Below are positions 18,279-26,530 of a DNA stretch of 64,000 nucleotides, piece after piece. The stretch is from Gammaproteobacteria bacterium. Lineage in GTDB: Bacteria; Pseudomonadota; Gammaproteobacteria; CAJXQU01. The stretch covers positions 1,939,792 through 2,003,791 of the forward strand of contig OZ245018.1 in assembly GCA_965223825.1 (NCBI GenBank), written 5' to 3'. Under the pieces are notes generated by a model. The model did not search any database. It was not told where the DNA came from and saw only the letters and a list, made by a program, of their open reading frames with translations. Numbering within the stretch: the stretch's first letter is position 1; the number at the start of each line of letters is the position of its first letter. Position numbers and translations under genes: made by a program.

Positions 18279-18974
18279 ATGGTAATAAATCAACGTATGA
18301 TTAAAAAACGTGTGCTCCTTTCTTGGAGCAGCGGCAAAGACGCCGCATGGACGCTTTGGCAATTACAGCAAGATCCTGAGGTCGATATTATTGGCCTGCT
18401 TACCACCATGAACGGCGAATTCGATCGCGTCGCTATGCACTCCACCCGTCGCACCTTGCTGGCCGCACAAGCAGAAGCGGCAGGCCTACCCTTATTTACC
18501 GCCAACCTGCCTTGGCCGTGCAGCGACAGTAAATACCGATCAGTCATGCACCGAACCGTCAAAAAACTCGTCCGTCAGCAGAAAATTACGCATATCGCCT
18601 TTGGGGACTTATTTCTTGAAGACGTACGCGAATATCGAGAAACGCTCTTCGCCTCAACACCCGTTGAACTGCTGTTTCCACTCTGGGGCAAAGACACTAA
18701 AACCCTTGCAGCTGAAATGATCGAAAATGGACTACAAGCACAATTAACGTGCCTTAACCCCAACCAATTAGACAAACGCTTTGCCGGTCGGCAATTTGAT
18801 CATAATTTTCTCAACGAACTCCCGGAATCCGTCGATGCCTGTGGTGAGCGTGGCGAGTTTCATACGTTTGCTTACGCAGGCCCGATGTTTTCTGCGCCAC
18901 TGGCAGTTCAAAGCGGCGAAACGGTAGATCGCGATGGATTTGTGTTCTCTGATCTGAAATTATTCGGATCATGA
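18279..18974 (+). CDS. COG2102/DUF71 (MJ0570/Dph6-like) ATP pyrophosphatase-family protein
   Basis: 231 aa; PP-loop LLSWSSGKDAAW; GERGEFHTF motif of the Dph6/MJ0570 family; 4-bp overlap with btuF. Confidence 0.75.
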   Translation: MVINQRMIKKRVLLSWSSGKDAAWTLWQLQQDPEVDIIGLLTTMNGEFDRVAMHSTRRTLLAAQAEAAGLPLFTANLPWPCSDSKYRSVMHRTVKKLVRQQKITHIAFGDLFLEDVREYRETLFASTPVELLFPLWGKDTKTLAAEMIENGLQAQLTCLNPNQLDKRFAGRQFDHNFLNELPESVDACGERGEFHTFAYAGPMFSAPLAVQSGETVDRDGFVFSDLKLFGS

Positions 18975-19894
18975 AAATTGTTTCTCTCTTACCGAGCGCT
19001 ACTGAAATTCTCTGTCAGATCGGTCTGCAAGATCAGCTTGTCGGTGTCACACACGAATGTGATTATCCACCAGCGGTATTAGATCTGCCGAAAGTCACAA
19101 TAACGCTAATCCCTAAAGACGCCACCAGCAAAGAAATTGATCAACAAGTAAATGACCATTTATCCGAAAATGCAGCATTGTATTCGCTGAATATGGACGT
19201 GCTCGAAACGCTGCAACCGGATCTTATTGTCACGCAAGCCTTATGCGACGTTTGTGCTGTGGCCGAATCCGAAGTGAATGCTGCCGCCTGTACCCTGCCC
19301 GGCCAACCGCGTGTGATCAACCTTGAGCCGATGTCATTGCAAGATGTTTACGACACGATCACGCTCGTCGGTAAAGAAACGGATCACATCGATGAGGCAA
19401 AAAATGCACTAGAAAAATTGCAAGCCCGTGAACAAATCGTTCGTGCCAGAACACAGAAGATCAGCAAAGCCAAATGCCCCACCGTCGGCTTTTTAGAATG
19501 GATTGATCCGCCCTTCAACGCAGGCCACTGGACGCCCGAATTGATCGATTATGCTGGTGGCATCGACGTGCTCGGTAATCTCAACCAACCATCGGAAACC
19601 ACCAGTTGGGATCGCGTACGACAAGCTGATCCGGATGTGATCTTTGTTGCCGTCTGCGGGTTTAGTTTGGAACGTACACTGATCGATATGGACATTATGG
19701 CGAGCTTTCCCGGCTACACCGAATTAAACGCTGTCAAAACCAATCGTGTCTATGTCACTGACGGCAATGCCTACTTTTCCCGATCTGGTCCACGTTTAAT
19801 CGACTCACTGGAAATCATGGCGCATGCACTTCACCCAGATATTCATCCCGCCCCACTGATAGCGGATCCCGCGATTATCTATCAAACCCCCTAG
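18971..19894 (+). CDS. btuF: Periplasmic cobalamin/iron-siderophore binding protein (BtuF-like, cluster A-2 SBP)
   Basis: 307 aa; MKIVSLLPSATEILCQIGL...VGVTHECDYP motif typical of BtuF/FecB-type SBPs; B12 cluster context. Confidence 0.8.
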   Translation: MKIVSLLPSATEILCQIGLQDQLVGVTHECDYPPAVLDLPKVTITLIPKDATSKEIDQQVNDHLSENAALYSLNMDVLETLQPDLIVTQALCDVCAVAESEVNAAACTLPGQPRVINLEPMSLQDVYDTITLVGKETDHIDEAKNALEKLQAREQIVRARTQKISKAKCPTVGFLEWIDPPFNAGHWTPELIDYAGGIDVLGNLNQPSETTSWDRVRQADPDVIFVAVCGFSLERTLIDMDIMASFPGYTELNAVKTNRVYVTDGNAYFSRSGPRLIDSLEIMAHALHPDIHPAPLIADPAIIYQTP

Positions 19895-19948
19895 ATCGCA
19901 CGCTCGATATGCTCGACAGTACTGATTATATGCTCAAGAGAAAAAACC

Positions 19949-20545
19949 ATGACCGATAAACACCACGAAGCACACATGCAAGAAACCAAAGCCACCATGG
20001 ATGATCGGATAAAAAGTGCAAAAGATAAAAAGGGTCTGATCTTAATCTTAACCGGCGACGGCAAAGGCAAAAGCAGTTCTGGCTTCGGCATGGTCGCGCG
20101 ATCACTCGGCCACAAAATGCATTGCGGTGTCGTGCAATTTATTAAAGGCGCGTTCAGCACCGGCGAAGAAAAATTCTACAAACGCTTCCCCGATGAAGTG
20201 GAATATCACGTCATGGGCGAAGGCTACACCTGGGAAACCCAAAACCGCGATCAAGATGTTGCAGCAGCCGAACGCGGCTGGGCTGTCGCACAAAAAATGC
20301 TGCAAGATCCGAACTTTGATCTCGTCTTACTCGATGAATTAAATATTGTGTTGGATTTTAATTATCTCGATATTGATAAAGTGATTGCTGATCTACAAGC
20401 CACCCCCCCCATGCAACACGTCGTCATCACTGGCCGAGGCGCACCACAAAAACTGATCGAGATCGCGGATACGGTAAGTGAAATTCAAGTGATCAAACAT
20501 GCGTTCGATCAGGGGATTACGGCGCAGAAAGGAGTGGAGCTTTAA
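19949..20545 (+). CDS. cobO: Cob(I)yrinic acid a,c-diamide adenosyltransferase (CobO/BtuR)
   Basis: 198 aa; P-loop GDGKGKSSSGFG, VVQFIKG, ITGRGAP motifs of BtuR/CobO. Confidence 0.9.
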   Translation: MTDKHHEAHMQETKATMDDRIKSAKDKKGLILILTGDGKGKSSSGFGMVARSLGHKMHCGVVQFIKGAFSTGEEKFYKRFPDEVEYHVMGEGYTWETQNRDQDVAAAERGWAVAQKMLQDPNFDLVLLDELNIVLDFNYLDIDKVIADLQATPPMQHVVITGRGAPQKLIEIADTVSEIQVIKHAFDQGITAQKGVEL

Positions 20546-23094
20546 TCATTTTCACATCCGTCCTTCAGCTGCTTGCTCAATCTGTTTAAATCTAGTTGGA
20601 TCTGATCACGCAAACCTTGCCATTGAGTGCCAGGTTTTGCAAACTGTTCGATAAGAGTAAAAGCACGACGAGACAACCTGTATGCTTTCTCATACTGCTC
20701 TAGCGCTTCAAGTCGATCAGATTTATTCGATAGGCTCCTCGCCAAGTACGGGGTGTAAGCGGCAGCGTTCGTCTGTACCAGGGGTTCGTAAAGTTCGACC
20801 GACCGTTCACTCGCCGTCAGCGCGTCGTCATCACGTCCCACCGCCGAAAGTTGAATAGAAAGATTATTCAGGCTCAACGCCAAGTCCGGGGTGTAAGCGG
20901 CAGCGTTCGTCTGTACCAGGGGTTCGTAAAGTTCGACCGACCGTTCACTCGCCGTCAGCGCGTCGTCATCACGTCCCACCGCCGAAAGTTGATTAGAAAG
21001 AGTATTCAGGCTCCTCGCCAAGTCCGGGGTGTAAGCGGCAGCGTTCGTCTGTACCAAGGGTTCGTAAAGTTCGACCGACCGTTCACTCGCCGTCAGCGCG
21101 TCGTCATCACGTCCCACCGCCGAAAGTTGATTAGAAAGAGTATTCAGGCTCCTCGCCAAGTCCGGGGTGTAAGCGGCAGCGTTCGTCTGTACCAAGGGTT
21201 CGTAAAGTTCGACCGACCGTTCACTCGCCGTCAGCGCGTCGTCATCACGTCCCACCGCCGAAAGTTGATTAGAAAGAGTATTCAGGCTCCTCGCCAAGTC
21301 CGGGGTGTAAGCGGCAGCGTTCGTCTGTACCAAGGGTTCGTAAAGTTCGACCGACCGTTCACTCGCCGTCAGCGCGTCGTCATCACGTCCCACCGCCGAA
21401 AGTCGAATAGAAAGGTTATTCAGGCTCCTCGCCAAGTCCGGGGTGTAAGCGGCAGCGTTCGTCTGTACCAAGGGTTCGTAAAGTTCGACCGACCGTTCAC
21501 TCGCCGTCAGCGCGTCGTCATCACGTCCCACCGCCGAAAGTCGAATAGAAAGAGAATTCAGGCTCCTCGCCAAGTCCGGGGTGTAAGCGGCAGCGTTCGT
21601 CTGTACCAAGGGTTCGTAAAGTTCGACCGACCGTTCAATCGCCGCCAGCGCGTCGTCATCACGTCCCACCGCCGAAAGTTGAATAGAAAGATTATTCAAT
21701 ATCCTGGCTTGTTCTGCTTCCTCACCTCCTTCTGTCAGAAGGGTTTTACTTACTGCAATGCTTAAATTCAACAAGTTTGTTTCGATATCATTTCGACATA
21801 ATCCAAGATCCAGCTTTCGACAGCGTTCTGGTTCTTGCACGCAGAAAGCTTCAAGACTGCCAAGTGGTAATGGAGAGGCCAGTATTTGTCCTGCATCATA
21901 AGCGAGGCGGCCTAACATCGAAGTCGCATGATCAATTTGCGCTGCACTAACCAACGCACTGTAAAGTAATTTGCCCGCAGCTTCGTTTTGAGAAAGGACG
22001 TTAGCAAGCAATGACGCAGCGAGTAGGTCAGGCTCCATCGGCTTGACCTTGCCTGGCTTGATCGTACCGTGATCAGACGTTTCCGCAGCTTGCCAGTAGC
22101 TCAGTTTTTCCGGTGATTCAAGATCAAAATACGATAAGCCCGTTTCATCCGCAAATGCAGCCATTTGCACTTTGCTAAATCCCTGTGTTATGGCGGAGAG
22201 GGCAATCAACACCTCGAGTGATTGCTCTGTATAATGGAATGCGCTTGCTTCTTTTCTAATTCGAATAAGTTCGCGTTTGACTAATTCATTGATGACCTCA
22301 GCACCCGTTAAATGCCGGTTGCTTTCATCCTCAATCAGATTGAATGCATAGGCTAGAATAAATAAAGGGGTTTGGTTATGTTCGCTTTGCTGCAACCACT
22401 GGAAAAAATCTTCCCGATCCAAGCCTGGCATTTTTGCCACTTCAGATCTTTTTTGTAGCATCCCCTTACAAGCAGAATCGAAAAACTCCCAATTTTTTCT
22501 CTTTTCATCTAAGGCAGAGAGCGGGAGTTGTAACGAAAATTCAGAAGCGGTTTGATCAAAAAGAGTTTGGATGTTTGTCGTTTTTCGGGAAAGAAACACT
22601 ATCCTAAGAGGCGATTCAGGTTCTTCGCTGTCATAAATCGCACGAAGTAAGGTTTGGATCTGGCTATGCCGCTCTTCAGGATAATCAATGATGAAAAGTA
22701 AGCCTTTATCACCTGTGGCATAGGCTGCATCGTTCTCATCATAATCTAATTGCCCTGCTGCCCAACCACGCGCTCTCGCTTCCTCCGCAAATTCAAACGC
22801 CAGGCGTGTTTTACCCACTCCACCTTCACCGGTAATGATGCCATAAGCGATACGTAAATCGGAGTCTAGCCAATCATGGAGTGTTTTTAATTCATCTTCT
22901 CGACCGAATAACGGGGTTAAACGACTCTGCCAGCGAAGTAGCGAAGTCACTGAGTTTGTCACACTGTTGGGTTTAAATGGGATCTGGAGAGTTTTAGGCT
23001 TGTCTACGGAGCCAAATGAAACTGTGCCGTAATCCCCACTGATAAAAATACCAGAGGAATTTTTTACATTAATCGCTCTTTTAGAATCGAGCAT
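20542..23094 (-). CDS. STAND-class P-loop NTPase (NB-ARC/NACHT-like) with C-terminal TPR-like repeat array and a short N-terminal signalling motif
   Basis: 850 aa; N-term motif RAINVKNSSGIFISGDYGTVSF; Walker A GEGGVGKTRLA, Walker B LLFIIDYPE; helical linker; ≥9 TPR-like 46-aa repeats of which 7 are near-identical; 1-nt spacing to upstream small gene. Confidence 0.85.
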   Translation of the reverse strand: MLDSKRAINVKNSSGIFISGDYGTVSFGSVDKPKTLQIPFKPNSVTNSVTSLLRWQSRLTPLFGREDELKTLHDWLDSDLRIAYGIITGEGGVGKTRLAFEFAEEARARGWAAGQLDYDENDAAYATGDKGLLFIIDYPEERHSQIQTLLRAIYDSEEPESPLRIVFLSRKTTNIQTLFDQTASEFSLQLPLSALDEKRKNWEFFDSACKGMLQKRSEVAKMPGLDREDFFQWLQQSEHNQTPLFILAYAFNLIEDESNRHLTGAEVINELVKRELIRIRKEASAFHYTEQSLEVLIALSAITQGFSKVQMAAFADETGLSYFDLESPEKLSYWQAAETSDHGTIKPGKVKPMEPDLLAASLLANVLSQNEAAGKLLYSALVSAAQIDHATSMLGRLAYDAGQILASPLPLGSLEAFCVQEPERCRKLDLGLCRNDIETNLLNLSIAVSKTLLTEGGEEAEQARILNNLSIQLSAVGRDDDALAAIERSVELYEPLVQTNAAAYTPDLARSLNSLSIRLSAVGRDDDALTASERSVELYEPLVQTNAAAYTPDLARSLNNLSIRLSAVGRDDDALTASERSVELYEPLVQTNAAAYTPDLARSLNTLSNQLSAVGRDDDALTASERSVELYEPLVQTNAAAYTPDLARSLNTLSNQLSAVGRDDDALTASERSVELYEPLVQTNAAAYTPDLARSLNTLSNQLSAVGRDDDALTASERSVELYEPLVQTNAAAYTPDLALSLNNLSIQLSAVGRDDDALTASERSVELYEPLVQTNAAAYTPYLARSLSNKSDRLEALEQYEKAYRLSRRAFTLIEQFAKPGTQWQGLRDQIQLDLNRLSKQLKDGCEND
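20736..21700. repeat. Seven tandem near-identical 138-bp (46-codon) repeats inside the STAND NTPase gene
   Basis: Direct inspection: unit cgccaagtccggggtgtaagcggcagcgttcgtctgtacca(a/g)gggttcgtaaagttcgaccgaccgttcactcgccgtcagcgcgtcgtcatcacgtcccaccgccgaaagt(t/c)ga(t/a)tagaaag... recurring every 138 bp with only a few substitutions. Confidence 0.9.
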
Positions 23095-23095
23095 G

Positions 23096-23401
23096 TTATG
23101 CCGTGTCCGATAAATAGGTCAGGAGCGCAATAATGACCGCAGCCACCCCGCAGAGCCAAGTAAGAAAAGCACCTAACGATTTCCACCAAGGCTGATCGTT
23201 TGTTTGTTCTGATGTGTGATCTGTCATGTGTATTTCAGAAACTGAAACATGGTCACCAGACACAAAAGTGCCTTTAGCGTTTTTTACGTTGATGCTCCGA
23301 GAAGCGCTTCGGGTGATGTGAAAAAGGAAAAAAAGAAATAGCAAAAATGCGAGTAGGTAGAAAAGGTCGTGCTGGTCGAGATTATCAATCAAGCTTTGCA
23401 T
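23096..23401 (-). CDS. Small two-TM membrane protein carrying the same ~25-aa motif as the N-terminus of the downstream STAND NTPase (candidate effector/partner)
   Basis: 101 aa; strong RBS TAAGGAGGG 6 nt before ATG; TM1 FYLLAFLLFLFFLF, motif RSINVKNAKGTFVSGDHVSVSE, TM2 LGAFLTWLCGVAAVIIALLTYL. Confidence 0.7.
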   Translation of the reverse strand: MQSLIDNLDQHDLFYLLAFLLFLFFLFHITRSASRSINVKNAKGTFVSGDHVSVSEIHMTDHTSEQTNDQPWWKSLGAFLTWLCGVAAVIIALLTYLSDTA

Positions 23402-23529
23402 ATTGCCCTCCTTATGAGAGCAATATACTAAGAAGATTAGTTACCATACAAGCTAATCGTTGACAAAAAATGTTAGGAATAAAGTTATTTGACGAGTGAA
23501 TCTATTGACTTACTTTACTGTCAAAAATC

Positions 23530-24378
23530 TTACAAGCCTTCCCCTTCCCCACGCAAGTAAATAAAGTAATACACTAACGCCACCAAAACCGCACCACCAA
23601 CAATATTCCCAAGCGTAACGGGGATGATATTACCGATAAATCCATTGAAGTCGAGCAACGCTATTTGTTCTGGAGTGAAGTTGCCTGCAGCGACAATATC
23701 TGGATTCCAGGACGCGACGATGCCGAGTGGAATCATGAACATGTTGGCGATGCAGTGTTCAAAGCCCATCGCAACGAATGAGGAGATGGGTAACAGGATC
23801 GCGAGAATTTTATCGGTAACGGATCGTGCGGCATAGCACATCCAGCTGGCTAGGCAGACGAGTGCGTTACAGAATAAGCCAAGGAAAAACGCTTGGGTGA
23901 ATTCATGATCCACTTTGTGGATAGCGACCTTGATCGCGGTGACGCCGACTTGGTGATGATTTCCATCGAGATAACCCGAGAGATAAAGTAAAAATAACGT
24001 CCCGAAGGCACCGATCATATTGCCGAGATAGACCAAGCCCCAATTGCGTAAAATTTGAGGTGTTGAGACCATGCCGCCAGCCCACGCCATAACGATCAGG
24101 TTATTTCCGGTAAACAGTTCTGCTCCAGCGATCACAACAAGCACAAACCCTAGTGAGAAAGCGATCCCCCCAAGCATTCGTGACGCCCCCCACGCTTCGG
24201 CGGGATCGGTCATGACGACGGTATAGTACATCGCGCCAAAAGAGATGAATGCTCCAGCAATGAGCGCCAATACGATCAGTTGGCTAAAGGACATTGTCGC
24301 TTTAGTGACGCCGATCGATCGCATTTTATCTGCAACTTCAGGTGGTGAAAATGGATCAGTGAATCCAGATTTTGACAT
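23530..24378 (-). CDS. Formate/nitrite transporter family (FNT) channel
   Basis: 282 aa; FNT signature regions (LGGIAFSLGFVLVV..GAELFTGN; GNIIPVTLGNIVGGA). Confidence 0.85.
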   Translation of the reverse strand: MSKSGFTDPFSPPEVADKMRSIGVTKATMSFSQLIVLALIAGAFISFGAMYYTVVMTDPAEAWGASRMLGGIAFSLGFVLVVIAGAELFTGNNLIVMAWAGGMVSTPQILRNWGLVYLGNMIGAFGTLFLLYLSGYLDGNHHQVGVTAIKVAIHKVDHEFTQAFFLGLFCNALVCLASWMCYAARSVTDKILAILLPISSFVAMGFEHCIANMFMIPLGIVASWNPDIVAAGNFTPEQIALLDFNGFIGNIIPVTLGNIVGGAVLVALVYYFIYLRGEGEGL

Positions 24379-24434
24379 GCTGCCTCCAGTGGAATGGTTT
24401 ATTTTTTGTTGTTTGTTTGTGTATATTTCTTTAT

Positions 24435-24466
24435 ACCAAAAAAAACGGGGCTCAATGAGCCCCGTT
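24435..24466 (-). terminator. Rho-independent terminator after isocitrate lyase (minus orientation)
   Basis: CGGGGCTCaatGAGCCCCG hairpin; on minus strand followed by U8 (plus-strand aaaaaaaa at 24437-24445). Confidence 0.8.
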
Positions 24467-24496
24467 CTTATTCTTTCTCAGTAAGTTGAGCAGTTC

Positions 24497-25813
24497 TTAA
24501 TCGAACTGTTCTTCTTCTGTAGAACCTGTCAGTGCCGTTACTGATGAAGCTCCACCTTGGATAACAGTCGTTACGTCATCGAAGTAGCCTGCGCCAACTT
24601 CTTGTTGATGCGATACGAATGTGTATCCGCGCTCACGAGCTGCAAATTCTGGCTCTTGAACCATTTCAGTGTAGTGTTTCATGCCTTCGCCACGCGCATA
24701 GTTATATGCGAAGTCGAAAGTGCGGTACCAGTTAGTGTGGATACCCGCCAGTGTGATGAACTGGAATTTGTAGCCGAGCTCGGACAAGTCATCTTGGAAG
24801 CTGGCGATTTGTTTGTCGTCCAGGTTTTTCTTCCAGTTGAACGATGGTGAGCAGTTGTAAGCCAACAGCTGTCCTGGGCATTCTGCTTGAACCGCTTGTG
24901 CGAATTCACGTGCAAAACCGATATCAGGAGTACCTGTTTCACACCATACCAAGTCAGCATATGGCGCGTAAGCAATACCACGGCTGATCGCTTGTTCCAG
25001 ACCGTTTTTCACACGGTAGAAACCTTCTTGAGTACGCTCACCAGTTAAGAATGGCTTGTCGTTTTCATCGAAGTCACTTGTCACTAAGTTTGCAGCTTCT
25101 GCGTCAGTACGTGCTAAGACGATTGTTGGTACGCCCATAACGTCAGATGCTAAACGTGCTGCCAACAGTTTTTGAACCGCTTCTTGTGTAGGAACAAGAA
25201 CTTTACCGCCCATGTGACCACATTTTTTAACAGCCGCTAACTGATCTTCAAAGTGAGCGCCTGCTGCACCGTTAGCGATCATGTTTTTCATGAGTTCGTA
25301 TGCGTTAAGAACGCCACCGAAACCGGCTTCTGCATCTGCAACGATTGGTAAGAAGAAGTCGATTGCGTCTTTTTCTTCAACTTTGCCGTCTGCAAGGTTT
25401 TTCCATTGGATCTCATCAGCACGTCGGAACGTGTTGTTGATACGACGAACCATTGTAGGAACTGAGTCGTATGCGTACAGAGATTGATCCGGATACATTG
25501 TTTCAGAGCTATTGCCGTCAGCAGCAACCTGCCAACCTGACAGATAAACAGCTTCAAGACCAGCTTTAGCTTGCTGCATTGCTTGACCAGCAGTGATCGC
25601 ACCGAAAGCGTTTACATAACCTTTGTTTGCGCTACCGTTGACTTTGTCCCACAGTACTTCCGCACCACGTTTTGCCAGTGTGTACTCTGGTTGAACACTA
25701 CCGCGCAGACGTACGACGTCTTCAGCACTGTATCCACGTTTAACATTTGCCCAACGTGGGTTTTCTGCCCAGTCCTTTTCTAACTGTTTGATTTGCTCTT
25801 CTCTAGAAGCCAT
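24497..25813 (-). CDS. aceA: Isocitrate lyase
   Basis: 438 aa; catalytic signature KKCGHMGGK; overall ICL length and motifs. Confidence 0.95.
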   Translation of the reverse strand: MASREEQIKQLEKDWAENPRWANVKRGYSAEDVVRLRGSVQPEYTLAKRGAEVLWDKVNGSANKGYVNAFGAITAGQAMQQAKAGLEAVYLSGWQVAADGNSSETMYPDQSLYAYDSVPTMVRRINNTFRRADEIQWKNLADGKVEEKDAIDFFLPIVADAEAGFGGVLNAYELMKNMIANGAAGAHFEDQLAAVKKCGHMGGKVLVPTQEAVQKLLAARLASDVMGVPTIVLARTDAEAANLVTSDFDENDKPFLTGERTQEGFYRVKNGLEQAISRGIAYAPYADLVWCETGTPDIGFAREFAQAVQAECPGQLLAYNCSPSFNWKKNLDDKQIASFQDDLSELGYKFQFITLAGIHTNWYRTFDFAYNYARGEGMKHYTEMVQEPEFAARERGYTFVSHQQEVGAGYFDDVTTVIQGGASSVTALTGSTEEEQFD

Positions 25814-26103
25814 ATTGATTCTTTCCTCTATCCGGATGACAATAAAATTTAAACTTTTACCCGCCTGCGTTATCTACTCAATTGGGCGGTTGGTACTTCA
25901 GATAATATAACTCCTTGTTTTATCTGAAACCATCCCCGATTTAGAGTAATTCAGGGTTTAAGACCATGGGTCTAGCAATAATAGCAGATGCCTGAATAAT
26001 CGGGCGCTAAACTCTACGCCGCACTGCATCATTTGTCAAATAAAGGTATAATTTCTTCCCACTATTCATATCTTTACACCACAGCCGATACATAATTTTA
26101 AGA

Positions 26104-26424
26104 ATGTCTAATCAACCAGAATTTGAAGATGGTGCTGGGCTTGAGGTACAGGAAGCAAAACCTGAACTTGAAGAACCAGCTCAATATAAAGTCGTTTTGC
26201 TGAATGACGATTTCACGCCAATGGACTTTGTTGTAAATGTCCTTGAAGTTTTTTTTCAAAAGAATCGACAGGAAGCAACGCGAATAATGTTAGAAATACA
26301 CACTCAAGGAAAAGGAATTTGCGGCACTTTTAGCTACGAAGTGGCTGAGACAAAAGTAGCGCAAGTTAATGACTATGCAAGAGAAAATCAACACCCTTTA
26401 CTATGTACTCTCGAAAAAGCTTGA
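26104..26424 (+). CDS. clpS: ATP-dependent Clp protease adaptor ClpS
   Basis: 106 aa; [20 protein letters not shown]...[17 protein letters not shown] hallmark. Confidence 0.9.
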   Translation: MSNQPEFEDGAGLEVQEAKPELEEPAQYKVVLLNDDFTPMDFVVNVLEVFFQKNRQEATRIMLEIHTQGKGICGTFSYEVAETKVAQVNDYARENQHPLLCTLEKA

Positions 26425-26530
26425 AACCTATCACAGTGTCAGAGAAGATACAGTGTAAAGGAAACCAACGAATTAGCCGTTACTTACAACGAAGGGAATC
26501 AATTGGCTGTTCAACAAATGGAGTGGTCTT

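Noticed and set aside
20736-21700. Possible CRISPR array (regular direct repeats)
   Set aside because: The period is 138 bp with no unique spacers. The repeats are in-frame codons of a TPR-like protein. No cas genes are nearby.
20851-21765. 304-aa plus-strand ORF with its own internal repeats
   Set aside because: It lies entirely antisense to the 138-bp tandem repeats of the STAND NTPase gene. The repetitive Arg-rich translation (…RQVRGVSGSVRLYQGFVKFDRPFTRRQRVVITSHRRK… ×7) is a by-product of the repeat and has no start context.
23902-24085. Short antisense ORFs inside focA/FNT transporter and other genes, e.g. 23903..24085 and 24557..24850
   Set aside because: They are typical antisense ORFs inside confidently called genes and have no independent support.
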